The notes beneath the pieces are model-generated. The model did no database searches. It saw only the letters and a list, made by a program, of their open reading frames with translations, and was not told the origin of the DNA. The translations under genes and the position numbers were made by a program. A stretch of DNA of 64,000 bases from Syntrophales bacterium (lineage in GTDB: Bacteria > Desulfobacterota > Syntrophia > Syntrophales > UBA2210), in contig JAQULO010000004.1 of NCBI GenBank assembly GCA_028718565.1, positions 3,148-67,147 of the forward strand, written 5' to 3'. This document shows, in pieces, positions 1 to 9,555 of the stretch (within the stretch, counting starts at the first letter, position 1; each line of letters starts with the position of its first letter).

Positions 1-2
1 TT

Positions 3-320
3 CTTTTGAACCACTTCGATATCTACAAGTCGAGTACGACCGATATTGGCTGGTTCCTGGTGGCGTTTACGGGGTATACGGCGATCATGTGGATCGGTGC
101 CATGCGCGTAAACGGAGCCCTTGCGACAACCTTTACACTTTTGCTGATAGGGTTCATTCTTCTTGATCTGGCCCATTTCGGTTTTCCGGCCCTGACGAAG
201 GTTGCCGGGTACGAATTGATGGCTTGTGCCCTGATGGCCTGGTATACGATGGCTCATATCATCCTGGGAGATGTCTTCGGGCGGGACGTCCTCCCGGCGG
301 GCAAACCCTGGCTTAATTAG
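3..320 (+). CDS. GPR1/FUN34/YaaH-family acetate/succinate channel, C-terminal part (5' end lies outside the window)
   Basis: The frame is open to the window edge. The translation is hydrophobic with TM segments. The C-terminal pattern ...AWYTMAHIILGDVFGRDVLPAGKP resembles the family tail (AWY...GR..LP.G). A strong terminator follows. Confidence 0.65.
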   Translation, partial: LLNHFDIYKSSTTDIGWFLVAFTGYTAIMWIGAMRVNGALATTFTLLLIGFILLDLAHFGFPALTKVAGYELMACALMAWYTMAHIILGDVFGRDVLPAGKPWLN

Positions 321-332
321 GCAGCCGCCGAA

Positions 333-370
333 AGAGGCCCGCCGGCGTAAACCGGCGGGCCTCTTTTTTT
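333..370 (+). terminator. Rho-independent terminator
   Basis: Perfect 13-bp GC-rich stem AGAGGCCCGCCGG / CCGGCGGGCCTCT with loop CGTAAA, followed by a T7 run. Confidence 0.85.
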
Positions 371-382
371 CCAGTAAATATA

Positions 383-557
383 GCAACAACAGCATTGAAG
401 CTGTCCGGACTCCCCTTTATCAAGGGCATCGATGAGTTCGACTTCGCCTTTCGGCCCAAGCTGGACCGGCAGAAGGTGATGTCGCTGTTCGATCTGACCT
501 CTATCAGGCAAAAAGGCACTGTAATCTTTCCGGGTCCCCCCGGCGTCGGCGAAGCTC
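383..557 (+). mobile_element. istB: IS21-family istB (helper ATPase) remnant, truncated at both ends
   Basis: The translation ...LKLSGLPFIKGIDEFDFAFRPKLDRQKVMSLFDLTSIRQKGTVIFPGPPGVG matches the IstB N-terminal/Walker A region (..FDF..P.ldr......fi....n....GPPGvGKTHLA). It breaks off inside Walker A (GVG|EALPD) where the convergent activator gene ends. No istA and no inverted repeats are visible. Confidence 0.7.
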
Positions 558-569
558 TTCCGGACTGCC

Positions 570-3500
570 TTAGTCGTGACGACTAATGCCAAGTTTTTTG
601 ATTCTAAATTCAAGAGTTGTTGGCTTTAGTCCCAGTATCTTAGCAGCTCCCCGATCTCCTCTAATCCTCCATCTCGTATAATTTAAGACATCCATAATAT
701 GGGTCCTTTCAATTTCGGATAAAGGCACTAACCCGAAATCCCTCCTCTCGCCCTGAACGATCTGTGAGCTGTGATCAGGAAATTGTATCGTAAGAGCATC
801 ACCATCCGAAAGAATAACAGCCTTTTCAATGATGTTATCCAGTTCTCGAACATTTCCTGGCCAAGAATGATTCAAAAGCTTCTTCATTTCAGAGGCTGGT
901 ATCCTCGTAATGTTTTTATTATTAGCGCTTGAATGAATTGCCATAAAATGAAAGGCAAGAGGTGGAATGTCTTCCTTTCTGTCTCTCAAGGGGGGAATTT
1001 CTATTGGGAAACTGCTGATTCTAAAAAAGAGGTCGGAACGGAATTCGCCTGTGGCAATCTTCTGATGCAAATTCTTGTTTGTAGCTGCTATTAATCTGAA
1101 ATCAGATGATATAGTTCTCGTACTTCCAACGCGCTCGAACTTATGATCCTGCAATACCCTCAGGAGCTTTACTTGAGTTTCTTGAGACAGCTCACCTATT
1201 TCATCCAAAAAAATCGTCCCGCCGTCAGCAATTTCAAAACGCCCCGGACTTGTTTTTAGAGCGCCCGTATAAGCGCCTTTTTCATACCCAAAGAGTTCGC
1301 TGGTTGTTAGATTTTCATTAAGAGCCGATATATTCACAACAATGAACGGTTTATTACTCCTGTCGCTGAGTTTATGAATGGCATGTGCAAGGAGTTCTTT
1401 CCCGACACCTGTTTCTCCATAAATAAGCACTGTTGCTTTTGTTTGGGCAACCTTCTTGGCATTGAGCAGGACATCATTGATTGCCTTGCTTTCCCCAATA
1501 ATGTTGCCGAAATTGGCCTTGAATGCTCCCCTCTTAGGCTGGTCAAAGCCTGCATCATGGTTATTACTCTCAGGCATGCCTAGTTGCTCGAATAGAATGG
1601 TCACTTTAGAAGCGAGTGATATTTGAGTCGCTATGGCCTTCATGATAGTCATGTCCTGCTTGGCAAATATTCCTTCTAATAGTCTGTTGTCCAGGTAGAT
1701 GACTCCCGTCATCTTCTTGGCTACAATCAAAGGAATCACGACAAGAGACTTTATAAGGATTTGCTCTTTTGACAATTGAAGCAATATTCGATTATCTCCA
1801 TCACCAGAGATGATCAACGGCTTTAAATCGTGCATAATTTGTGAAATAAGCGACCGCATTGCAGCCGTCTGGAACAATCCAATGTCTTCAGAAGAAAAAT
1901 TACATCTTGCCGCCACATGCAGCTCTTTGACTGAACCTTCCTCTTTCATCATCAATATGGCTGCACGTTCCGCCCCGAACATATTAGTCAGGATCTCAAC
2001 GACTTTTCCTAAATATTTTTCATAGTCTGGAACAAACTGAATTGCAGCTTCAAGTTCCGATACGCCATGCTCCCATTGAAGCTCTTTTGTTTTTTCCTCA
2101 ATCAGGAAGTTTAGCTCCGGTGGAAATAATGCGGCATTAATTTCGGACAACAGGTTATATGCCGAGTTTGCAAATTCTTTTGCCTTTCCGGGTTCCATAT
2201 TTTCAAGATACAGCTTCGCTAGTTGAATTTGTGTCTTCCCAAGTTCCAACCCCGAACCTGATTTTTCCAATAGCTCCAGACTTTCTCTTAAGAGCATTTC
2301 AACCGTGTCGAGATTACCTTTATACATTCCAATTGAAATGGCTTTATATCTTAAGGCAATCCCCCTAACATAGATGCTGTGCTGACTCATTGTCCTTTTC
2401 ATTAAAAGGGATAATGAATCATCTCCCACTGTATTCCATTTTTTGTGAAGGGCTAAATACACTTCAAAGATCAATGAAGTAGAATAGTTCCTCTGCCCCA
2501 ATTTAAGCTGAAGTGCTCTTGATTGATTAATGAGCTCTTTCGCTGATTCTAAATTACCTTTCAGCATCTCTAAATAGGCTTTGCCTGGTTTGGACATAAA
2601 CAGGGCCAAATCACTGTTAATTTTCTCCCCTATTTCTATTGTGGCATTTATATGGGGCTCAGCTTGATCGCACAACAATGCCCCGAGAAAGATAAGGGAA
2701 ATCGTCCCATGGGCAAAGGCTTGGGTCTTTAAGTCTCCTTTAGAAACAGCTATCTTCCTTACGGCTTCGGCCAAACCTAATCCTCGCCCAATTCGTCCTG
2801 TAATACCGTAACTCCAAGCGAGCATAAGATAGGACCATATATCCCTCAATCCATTAAGTGAAATCTCTTCCTCAAGTGAAATCTCTTCCACGTTTTCTAA
2901 GGCGCTCTCATATACCTGGATTGCATCTTCGATCAAACCTTGCCAGAAAAGAGACAGGGCATACAATTTTGCTGCGCTCTTAATGAGTCTCACATCTTCA
3001 AGTTCCTGAGCCAAAACCCAGCTCTTGTTATACTGGGGGCCGGCTTCCAGAAATTTTCCTTCTTTCTCATAAATACCGCCGAGGCAGAGTCCCAGCATAA
3101 CCTTGGCCCGCTTATTTGCTAATTCATCGGCCAGTAATATGGCTTGGTTTACGATCTGAAGAATATTGGCCGGAGGGTTCATGTTGATAATGATAGGGGC
3201 GTAGGAAATAACAGAGTCTATGAGTATGACAGTTTCCAGTTGATCTCTATTTTTCCCCAAAAGAGCATCAATGATTTTTTTGTACAGGGTCAGTGCTGAT
3301 TCTGTATAATGAGCCGACATCAAAAGGTCGGCTGCTTTCTTCATATATTGAAAGCGTTTCCCTTTTTCCCCATATTGTAAATATAAATTTGCAAGGGACT
3401 GAACATTTTCTCTGTCTCTAATATCATCGTTTTCCAGGCAATCTATCAAACGAGTGCAATACGATATTCTCTTTTCTTCATCTATTGACTCGCTGATAAC

Positions 3501-3740
3501 ATTAAAAAAACTCTTATTACGAAAGCAGTAGGTTACGCTGTCAGAGCGAGTCACCTTTCCGATGATGTTAGCCCTAATCAGCTTGTCAAACAGATAAATT
3601 AATTTTGAAGGTTTGATGTCAGCAATTGCAAGTATATGATCCAGCCCAAAATTGTCTCCGAGAAGAGCTGCCATCTGTATAGAGCCCAGCTCATTATGAT
3701 CCAAAGAATTAATCAACTCCATTATCCCAGGCTTCTTCAT
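570..3740 (-). CDS. Sigma-54-dependent transcriptional activator with a roughly 600-aa helical/TPR-like N-terminal region, a GAF domain, an AAA+ domain and a Fis-type HTH
   Basis: AAA+ motifs are present: Walker A GETGVGKE, GAYTGA (a GAFTGA variant), Walker B FLDEIGEL, and RSDLFFRI. The C-terminal HTH reads AAKILGLKPTTLEFRIKKLGI. A GAF-like segment precedes the AAA+ domain. The start was chosen at MKKPG (ATG 3740) because GGAG lies 6 nt upstream; the ORF track starts at 3791. GC is visibly lower than in the neighbouring genes. Confidence 0.85.
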   Translation of the reverse strand: MKKPGIMELINSLDHNELGSIQMAALLGDNFGLDHILAIADIKPSKLIYLFDKLIRANIIGKVTRSDSVTYCFRNKSFFNVISESIDEEKRISYCTRLIDCLENDDIRDRENVQSLANLYLQYGEKGKRFQYMKKAADLLMSAHYTESALTLYKKIIDALLGKNRDQLETVILIDSVISYAPIIINMNPPANILQIVNQAILLADELANKRAKVMLGLCLGGIYEKEGKFLEAGPQYNKSWVLAQELEDVRLIKSAAKLYALSLFWQGLIEDAIQVYESALENVEEISLEEEISLNGLRDIWSYLMLAWSYGITGRIGRGLGLAEAVRKIAVSKGDLKTQAFAHGTISLIFLGALLCDQAEPHINATIEIGEKINSDLALFMSKPGKAYLEMLKGNLESAKELINQSRALQLKLGQRNYSTSLIFEVYLALHKKWNTVGDDSLSLLMKRTMSQHSIYVRGIALRYKAISIGMYKGNLDTVEMLLRESLELLEKSGSGLELGKTQIQLAKLYLENMEPGKAKEFANSAYNLLSEINAALFPPELNFLIEEKTKELQWEHGVSELEAAIQFVPDYEKYLGKVVEILTNMFGAERAAILMMKEEGSVKELHVAARCNFSSEDIGLFQTAAMRSLISQIMHDLKPLIISGDGDNRILLQLSKEQILIKSLVVIPLIVAKKMTGVIYLDNRLLEGIFAKQDMTIMKAIATQISLASKVTILFEQLGMPESNNHDAGFDQPKRGAFKANFGNIIGESKAINDVLLNAKKVAQTKATVLIYGETGVGKELLAHAIHKLSDRSNKPFIVVNISALNENLTTSELFGYEKGAYTGALKTSPGRFEIADGGTIFLDEIGELSQETQVKLLRVLQDHKFERVGSTRTISSDFRLIAATNKNLHQKIATGEFRSDLFFRISSFPIEIPPLRDRKEDIPPLAFHFMAIHSSANNKNITRIPASEMKKLLNHSWPGNVRELDNIIEKAVILSDGDALTIQFPDHSSQIVQGERRDFGLVPLSEIERTHIMDVLNYTRWRIRGDRGAAKILGLKPTTLEFRIKKLGISRHD

Positions 3741-4317
3741 ACCGATCTCCTTCGTAAACCTCATCAAAAAAATGTCAAAAACCAGCGCCACCCGTCAGCG
3801 GCAGCGATAATGGGCGAAAGTTGTATATGTGCATAAAGGCTCTCGCCTCGATAATTAATCCGTGGATTTTCCGGTGAGCACGGTATCATGGATCAATCAA
3901 GTTGTAAACCCAATATCTTGGTTATTCTCCAGTCTTCTGTCTTTGGTACTCTTAATTTACAGTAAGAAAGGAAAGAACTAGGCCGTGACCAGTGCCTGCC
4001 AAAAGGGTCTTTCTTTTTCAAGTAATGGGGATGAATCGGCAAAAAGAAAGCGGGTTGGCTGTTGGATGGTCGAATATGGGATGATGTGCCGGTGGGCGCA
4101 AGGGTATGTGGAGTTATGGTATGAGTATGTCCATGAATGCAAAGTATAGATCACCTTGAACTTATCCGCATCTTTTGATGCTTGACCCTCCGTATTTTTA
4201 TGTCTATATAGGTCGAAAAATGGTCAGAAAATAGAATTTTTTCAACCCAGAACGCACCGTAACGGTAGCGCCGACGAAAAAACTTTTGAACGGTCTCGCG
4301 AAGGGAGAACGGAAGAG

Positions 4318-4821
4318 ATGAAAGAAAAACGGGAAGCTCTGGTAAGCATCGTTATGGGGAGTGACTCTGATCTCCCCATCATGAAGGAGGCCGCATCCAT
4401 CCTCGAAGAGTTCAATGTCCCGCATGAGTTGTTTCTAACCTCCGCCCACCGCTCGCCGGAGAGGACATCGCTGTTCGCAGGAAAGGCTGCCGGGCGGGGG
4501 ATCAAGGTAATCATAGTCGGGGCGGGCATGGCGGCGCATCTTGCCGGCGTCATCGCGTCGCAGACACCGCTGCCCGTCATAGGCGTCCCACTCGATTCGT
4601 CCGCATCGCCTCTCCAGGGGTTCGACGCTCTCCTCTCAACGGTGCAGATGCCGGGGGGAGTGCCTGTGGCCGCGATGGCGATAGGAAAGGCGGGGGCAAA
4701 AAACGCCGCCCTGATGGCGGTCAGAATTCTCGCCCTGGACGATAAAGGCTTGCGCCGGGCAGTGGATGGATACATAGAAAAGATGGCCGAAGATATCGAG
4801 GAAAAACAGCAGAGGCTGTAA
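4318..4821 (+). CDS. purE: N5-carboxyaminoimidazole ribonucleotide mutase
   Basis: Motifs VSIVMGSDSDLPIM and AGMAAHLAGVIAS..PVIGVP; the 167-aa length is typical of PurE. Confidence 0.9.
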   Translation: MKEKREALVSIVMGSDSDLPIMKEAASILEEFNVPHELFLTSAHRSPERTSLFAGKAAGRGIKVIIVGAGMAAHLAGVIASQTPLPVIGVPLDSSASPLQGFDALLSTVQMPGGVPVAAMAIGKAGAKNAALMAVRILALDDKGLRRAVDGYIEKMAEDIEEKQQRL

Positions 4822-4848
4822 TTTCCCGCCGGTATCCCGAGGTGGAAG

Positions 4849-5487
4849 ATGATACCTGTTGTAAAAACAGATTCCGACGCAGCGTCGATCACCAAAGCGG
4901 CAGCAATTGTGAGGGCGGGGGGTGTTGTCGCCTACCCGACAGAGACCTTCTATGGGCTCGGCGCTGACATTCGAAACGAACGAGCCTTGGAGAAACTGTA
5001 CGCGATCAAGGGGCGGGATTTCAACAAACCCATCTCCATCATTATCGGCAGCCGTGGGGACCTGACACGGTTCGCCCGAGAGATCACGCCGACAGCCGAG
5101 ACCATCATGGACCTGTTCTGGCCGGGAGGGGTCACTCTCCTATTTGAGGCGGCGCGTGACCTTTCAGAAAGGCTTATGGCGGGAACCGGGAAAATCGGCA
5201 TCCGCCTGTCCAGCAATCCCATCGCAACGCTCCTTGCGCGAAACCTGTCCGGCGCCATCACCGCCACCAGCGCGAACCGGTCCGGGGGGGAGGAGTGCGC
5301 ATCGGCACAGGAGGTAATTGCCGCCTTGGGCGAAACAGTTGATGCCGTCGTCGACGGGGGCAGGACGCAGGGCGGAGCAGGCTCCACCATTGTAGACACC
5401 ACCGTTGAGCCGCCGGTGGTTATCAGGGAGGGAATTATTCCTTCGTCGGAACTGCACCGAGGAATCAGAAACGTTCAGGGGTCATAG
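4849..5487 (+). CDS. tsaC: L-threonylcarbamoyladenylate synthase (YrdC/YwlC/Sua5 family)
   Basis: Motifs VVAYPTETFYGLGAD, ATSANRSG and GSTIVD. Confidence 0.85.
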   Translation: MIPVVKTDSDAASITKAAAIVRAGGVVAYPTETFYGLGADIRNERALEKLYAIKGRDFNKPISIIIGSRGDLTRFAREITPTAETIMDLFWPGGVTLLFEAARDLSERLMAGTGKIGIRLSSNPIATLLARNLSGAITATSANRSGGEECASAQEVIAALGETVDAVVDGGRTQGGAGSTIVDTTVEPPVVIREGIIPSSELHRGIRNVQGS

Positions 5488-5513
5488 CGGTGGCGTCACC
5501 TCTCAAGATACCG

Positions 5514-6509
5514 TCACGCCTGGCACACCTTCGAAAATTCAGCAAGATTATCTTCCTCGCCAAGGGCAATCAGTTTGTCCCCCGATTCCATCACATACGA
5601 AGCCATCGGGTTGAACACCATCTTCCCCGATTCCTTTTTAATGGCAACGACAATCAATCCGTACTTTTTTCTGAGTCCTGACTCTTCCAAGTTCTTGCCG
5701 GCAATCGGCGAATCTTTCCGGACATCCACTTCTTCCATCCTGAGAGCAAGGCTCTGCCTCCGCGTGGTAATCTCTATAAAGTCCAGCATGGCGGGCCGCA
5801 AAATGGCCTGAGACATCCTCAGGCCGCCAACCCGGTAAGGGGATATGACCCTGTCCGCCCCCGCCTTAATCAGCCTGCGCTCCGAGGCGTTGTCTTCAAA
5901 TCTGGAAAGGACGAATACGTCCGGGTTTAGCTCCTTGGCAGTCAGAACGACATAGAGATTGTCTGCATCAGTGGGGAGAGCGCACACCACACCCTTGGCC
6001 CTCTTGATGCCAGCCCTCAGCAGGATTTTGTCTTCCGTTGCGCTCCCGTGTATATGGACAAACCCATCGTCCTCGATACCCTCTAACCTCTCCGGATTGT
6101 TTTCAACGACAACAAGCCCGATCTTTTCATGCGCCAGCTCCGTACAAATAAGATTGCCTATCTTTCCATAACCGCAAATGATGTAGTGATCCTGCATGTT
6201 GTTTATCTGCTTTTCCAATTTACCCCTCCCTAGTATACTTTTGAGGCGGCCTTCCATTAACACTTCCATTATCATCGCGAAGGTATAGGCCATCGTGCCC
6301 ACGCCGAAAACGATCAGGAAGATCGCAAAACACTTTTCCATCGGGGAGATGGGGTAAAAGTCTCCAAAGCCCACTGTGCCGAGGGTTACTATCGTCGCAT
6401 AAAAGGAGTTCGCGAGGGACCACCCTTCCAGAAAGTGGTACCCAAGGGTTCCCACAAGCGTTATTAATATTAGGAATGAGAAAGCAACTCCGAGCTTGAA
6501 CGTCGACAA
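5514..6509 (-). CDS. Potassium channel with RCK/TrkA-N and TrkA-C domains (MthK-like)
   Basis: Two TM segments flank the selectivity filter TLGTVGFGDFYP. A Rossmann motif follows (IICGYGKIGNLI), then a C-terminal TrkA-C-like region. Confidence 0.85.
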   Translation of the reverse strand: MSTFKLGVAFSFLILITLVGTLGYHFLEGWSLANSFYATIVTLGTVGFGDFYPISPMEKCFAIFLIVFGVGTMAYTFAMIMEVLMEGRLKSILGRGKLEKQINNMQDHYIICGYGKIGNLICTELAHEKIGLVVVENNPERLEGIEDDGFVHIHGSATEDKILLRAGIKRAKGVVCALPTDADNLYVVLTAKELNPDVFVLSRFEDNASERRLIKAGADRVISPYRVGGLRMSQAILRPAMLDFIEITTRRQSLALRMEEVDVRKDSPIAGKNLEESGLRKKYGLIVVAIKKESGKMVFNPMASYVMESGDKLIALGEEDNLAEFSKVCQA

Positions 6510-6563
6510 ATCTAAGCCTCTCCCCCGCGCCTATTTATTGGAAAGTTTATTTCGGAATTGGCA

Positions 6564-7937
6564 CTAATTGCTCTTCGCAGCCTCTATGCCTATAAGTTCG
6601 ACGACCAGTTCACTCGACTCTTCGGCAGGCGTTGTAAAGACCAGCATAAAGGGAACCCTGTCACCCTGCCTTATATCCGCGTTGCGAAAGTCTCTCCCAT
6701 AGGGATTGGAGAGCTCTTTTTTAATTTCATCACTGGTCATACCCTTCAGTTCGTCATCCGTAAGTATTGTTCCGCAGTTGGATTCCTCTTCGAAAAGAAC
6801 ATTTCCTGATGAATCCAGTATTTTCCCCCGTACCCGTATGTTGGAAACTACAAGCGCGCCGGCATTGACGGCAGAACCCTCGACCACCATAATGTTCTCA
6901 CCAGTCCAGCCCTTGACAAATCGCTCCCCAATGTCTATCAGCGTTGCCTTCAACTCGGGTAACCCCTCATCCGGAATGCCCTTGTCCTTCATGCCCAACA
7001 GCTCTTCTGCCTTGGGTAGAACGGTTTCTTTGACTTCTTCGATTCTCTCCGAGTCCTCCATCCCCCGAATTTTTTCTACCCAGGAAGAAACCCTGCTCGA
7101 AACCATCTCACGTGCCTCGGGCACCAACCAGAGGTACACCCCCCCCGATAGCAAAGCAACCAGCATCAGGTAGAACACCACCCTCTTGGTGAAAGGCCAA
7201 AACCGCCGTACTCTATTTCTTCCTGTGATCCTCTCGTTGTATATCTCATCGTCGGCACCGCCGAGGGTCCATGTTTCGCACACCCGCTGTCTTCCGCGGG
7301 CCGCCTCACCGCCTCTGGTTTCACCGGCATCTCCATAGATCTCTCCCCATTGGGGTCCCTGTGCGGACTCTCCCGCTTCGGCCTCCCCAAAGGCGCCGCC
7401 TCTCTCTTCCGTTCCCTCTACCCCAGTCTTTTCGAGATCGATACCCTCGCGGGTATCCCAGCCGGAATCTTCCATTGTTGGCTCGGGGTCACCACTCTCA
7501 ATGTCGATCTCTCCCAAGGCCTTCTCCCGGTTTCCGGTATCCTCTTCCACTGCCCCCTCGAGCTCTATCCCCTCGTAGGCATCTTCCTCTGTGGTGAACC
7601 CTTGTGCGGTATCTTCCGTTTCAGCGTCCACCGCAACCCGGGTTTCCTCTTCCTCCACCCTTTCAATCTCTATGCCCTCGCCAACATCCATGTAGGCATC
7701 TTCCCATATGGGCCCTTGGCCTACAGCTCCCACATCGTCCTTATCAAAGGGGCTGTCTCTCTCCTCCAGTGCCTCTTCCCGGTCCATCGAATGCATCAGC
7801 GAGGAGATTTCCTCCAGGGGATTCTTTTGAAAGAAAACAGTCTCGCACTTGCGGCACCTGACCCAGACTCCTTTGCCAGTTACCCGCATTTTATCAAACC
7901 GGTATTTCGTCCCGCATTTTTTACACTGAATGATCAC
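6564..7937 (-). CDS. MJ0042-type zinc-ribbon protein with an acidic disordered linker, one TM segment and a DUF3426-like C-terminal domain
   Basis: The N-terminus MIIQCKKCGTKYRF...VRCRKCETVFF carries two CxxC pairs. About 220 aa of Glu/Asp/Gly-rich loosely repeated sequence follow, then a TM segment (VVFYLMLVALLSGGVYLWLV) and a beta-rich C-terminus. Confidence 0.65.
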   Translation of the reverse strand: MIIQCKKCGTKYRFDKMRVTGKGVWVRCRKCETVFFQKNPLEEISSLMHSMDREEALEERDSPFDKDDVGAVGQGPIWEDAYMDVGEGIEIERVEEEETRVAVDAETEDTAQGFTTEEDAYEGIELEGAVEEDTGNREKALGEIDIESGDPEPTMEDSGWDTREGIDLEKTGVEGTEERGGAFGEAEAGESAQGPQWGEIYGDAGETRGGEAARGRQRVCETWTLGGADDEIYNERITGRNRVRRFWPFTKRVVFYLMLVALLSGGVYLWLVPEAREMVSSRVSSWVEKIRGMEDSERIEEVKETVLPKAEELLGMKDKGIPDEGLPELKATLIDIGERFVKGWTGENIMVVEGSAVNAGALVVSNIRVRGKILDSSGNVLFEEESNCGTILTDDELKGMTSDEIKKELSNPYGRDFRNADIRQGDRVPFMLVFTTPAEESSELVVELIGIEAAKSN

Positions 7938-8523
7938 AGTTTCCCTCCTTGATTACGTAAATTTCCGGCAGGCATCTGAATTTTTCATCGAAATCAAGCC
8001 CGTATCCTACAATAAACCCCTCACTCAAGGCAAATCCCACATAGTCCGCGTTAACGGTTTTCTCTCGTCTTTGCTTCTTGTCTATCAGAGCGCATATCTT
8101 TATAGAGGCGGGATGGCGTTCCTCCAGTTTTTTCTGCAGGAAGGCAATCGAGGTCCCGGTATCTATGATATCCTCCACGATCACTACGTCCTTTCCTTCT
8201 ATATCCGTTTCTATATCCTTTGAGAAGGTTATGTTCCCGGAACTCACCGATCCGGAGCCATAGCTTGCCAGCCTCACAAAGTCTACCGTGTGCGGTATCT
8301 TCAGATGCCGGGCAAGGTCCGCCAGGAAGATAAAGGCACCCTTCAAGACACCGATAAGAACCACCTCTCTTCCTTCGAGGTCGAGCGAGATCGCTCCGGC
8401 CAGCGCTTTCACACGCCTGTCGATGACCTCTTTTGAGTACAGGAGCCTTTTTTCTTCCACGGCCTGACCTTTCAATGGGGCTGGTACGACCGACCGATCA
8501 GGCCATACGGTCGCCCGTGACAC
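7921..8523 (-). CDS. hpt: Hypoxanthine-guanine phosphoribosyltransferase
   Basis: PRPP-binding motif VVIVEDIIDTGTS. The start is uncertain: an in-frame GTG at 8460 would give a more typical 179-aa protein and would remove the overlap with the upstream gene. Confidence 0.85.
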   Translation of the reverse strand: MSRATVWPDRSVVPAPLKGQAVEEKRLLYSKEVIDRRVKALAGAISLDLEGREVVLIGVLKGAFIFLADLARHLKIPHTVDFVRLASYGSGSVSSGNITFSKDIETDIEGKDVVIVEDIIDTGTSIAFLQKKLEERHPASIKICALIDKKQRREKTVNADYVGFALSEGFIVGYGLDFDEKFRCLPEIYVIKEGNCDHSV

Positions 8524-9343
8524 CCATCGTATAACAAGCTATAAACTCATCTATGTTTTTCCGGACGATCTCTTCCCCCTCCTTGAGTTCCTCCAGGTTT
8601 TTGAAACGTGAGGTGAGACTCAGGAATATCTTGTCGAACCTCGACCTCTCACACCCAAGGGCATCATAATCGATATGACTTATCATGTATTGCGAGCCAT
8701 CAAAATAGTATTTTCCGAAGCGGTTCGTATCCGGTGACCGGAACGGCCAGGAGGTCTTGAATGAAAAAAAATCGAGGGCTATATCCCTGAGACGGCCCTT
8801 CAACCGGTCCGGATGAACAACCTCATATATCCCTTCGCTTATAAAGCGGAAATACTCTTTGACCAGATCTATATCGGTTATGCACAGGCCATAGAGGTAC
8901 CAGTCGTCAATGATCCTGATCAGGGCAAGCTTCTCCGCGCGGGATATGAAGTGATAGCTGGGGCAGAAATGTCCATTACACAGCTCCACCCCATAGAACG
9001 ATACGTCCCGCATATCCACACCGTCGTTTTGAAAGGGATGGAGCAGACATCCCACCCTCTTTTCGTCATCATCGAGAAATCCCAAATACTCACAGCAGTA
9101 TATCACCTCATAGAGCTTTTCGCCGGATTCGCGGTTTTTGATCGCATCCGAGAAGGCTTTCAGGTCGGCTTGGACCTTCACCGTCTCACGAAACAGTTTA
9201 GTCCGATCTCTCAACTTCATGGTCAGAAATTTTCGTGTGCTGTCCGCATAATTATAGAGGCCACAACAGGCTCCGCAGGATTTGCACGCATCCGGCTGAC
9301 AGAGATGAATAAAGTCTTCCCCCTTCATAAAACCATCCACCAC
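8498..9343 (-). CDS. YkgJ/UPF0153-like cysteine-cluster (CxxCxxCC) protein, function unknown
   Basis: N-terminal CKSCGACCGLY motif plus further conserved Cys (CCEY, GCLLHP, CNGHFCPSYH). The coding potential is clear, but the function assignment is only at family level. Confidence 0.5.
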   Translation of the reverse strand: MVDGFMKGEDFIHLCQPDACKSCGACCGLYNYADSTRKFLTMKLRDRTKLFRETVKVQADLKAFSDAIKNRESGEKLYEVIYCCEYLGFLDDDEKRVGCLLHPFQNDGVDMRDVSFYGVELCNGHFCPSYHFISRAEKLALIRIIDDWYLYGLCITDIDLVKEYFRFISEGIYEVVHPDRLKGRLRDIALDFFSFKTSWPFRSPDTNRFGKYYFDGSQYMISHIDYDALGCERSRFDKIFLSLTSRFKNLEELKEGEEIVRKNIDEFIACYTMGVTGDRMA

Positions 9344-9555
9344 ATCCTTCCCGATTGGTTTTCTTTATATAGTCAAGCTACGTAAAAAGGCAAGGGATAA
9401 TCTGGTTGTAATCCTGCGTGAAACAGTATAGGAAGACTCCTTGAAGAAGGTCCTTCGGGATATATGGAACAGGGGCCGGACAAGTCGTGAGATGCCCTCG
9501 GCTCTCTTGGTCCTGTCAGTTTTTCCCAAAATTAAAACACACTAGGAAGATCAAT

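Noticed and set aside
3792-4317. A 525-bp spacer upstream of purE, inspected for a purine or ZTP riboswitch and for small genes.
   Set aside because: I could not recognise the conserved cores of either riboswitch class by eye, and no ORF has an SD or motif. An Rfam scan would be needed, so no claim is made.
6556-6575. TGGCAC-containing sequence (ttggcactaattgct) that looked like a sigma-54 -24/-12 promoter.
   Set aside because: The GG to GC spacing is 8 nt rather than the required 10, and the site lies at the 3' end of a convergent gene. Other TGGCAC hits (5519, 24650, 58199) also fail on spacing or lie inside genes on the wrong strand.
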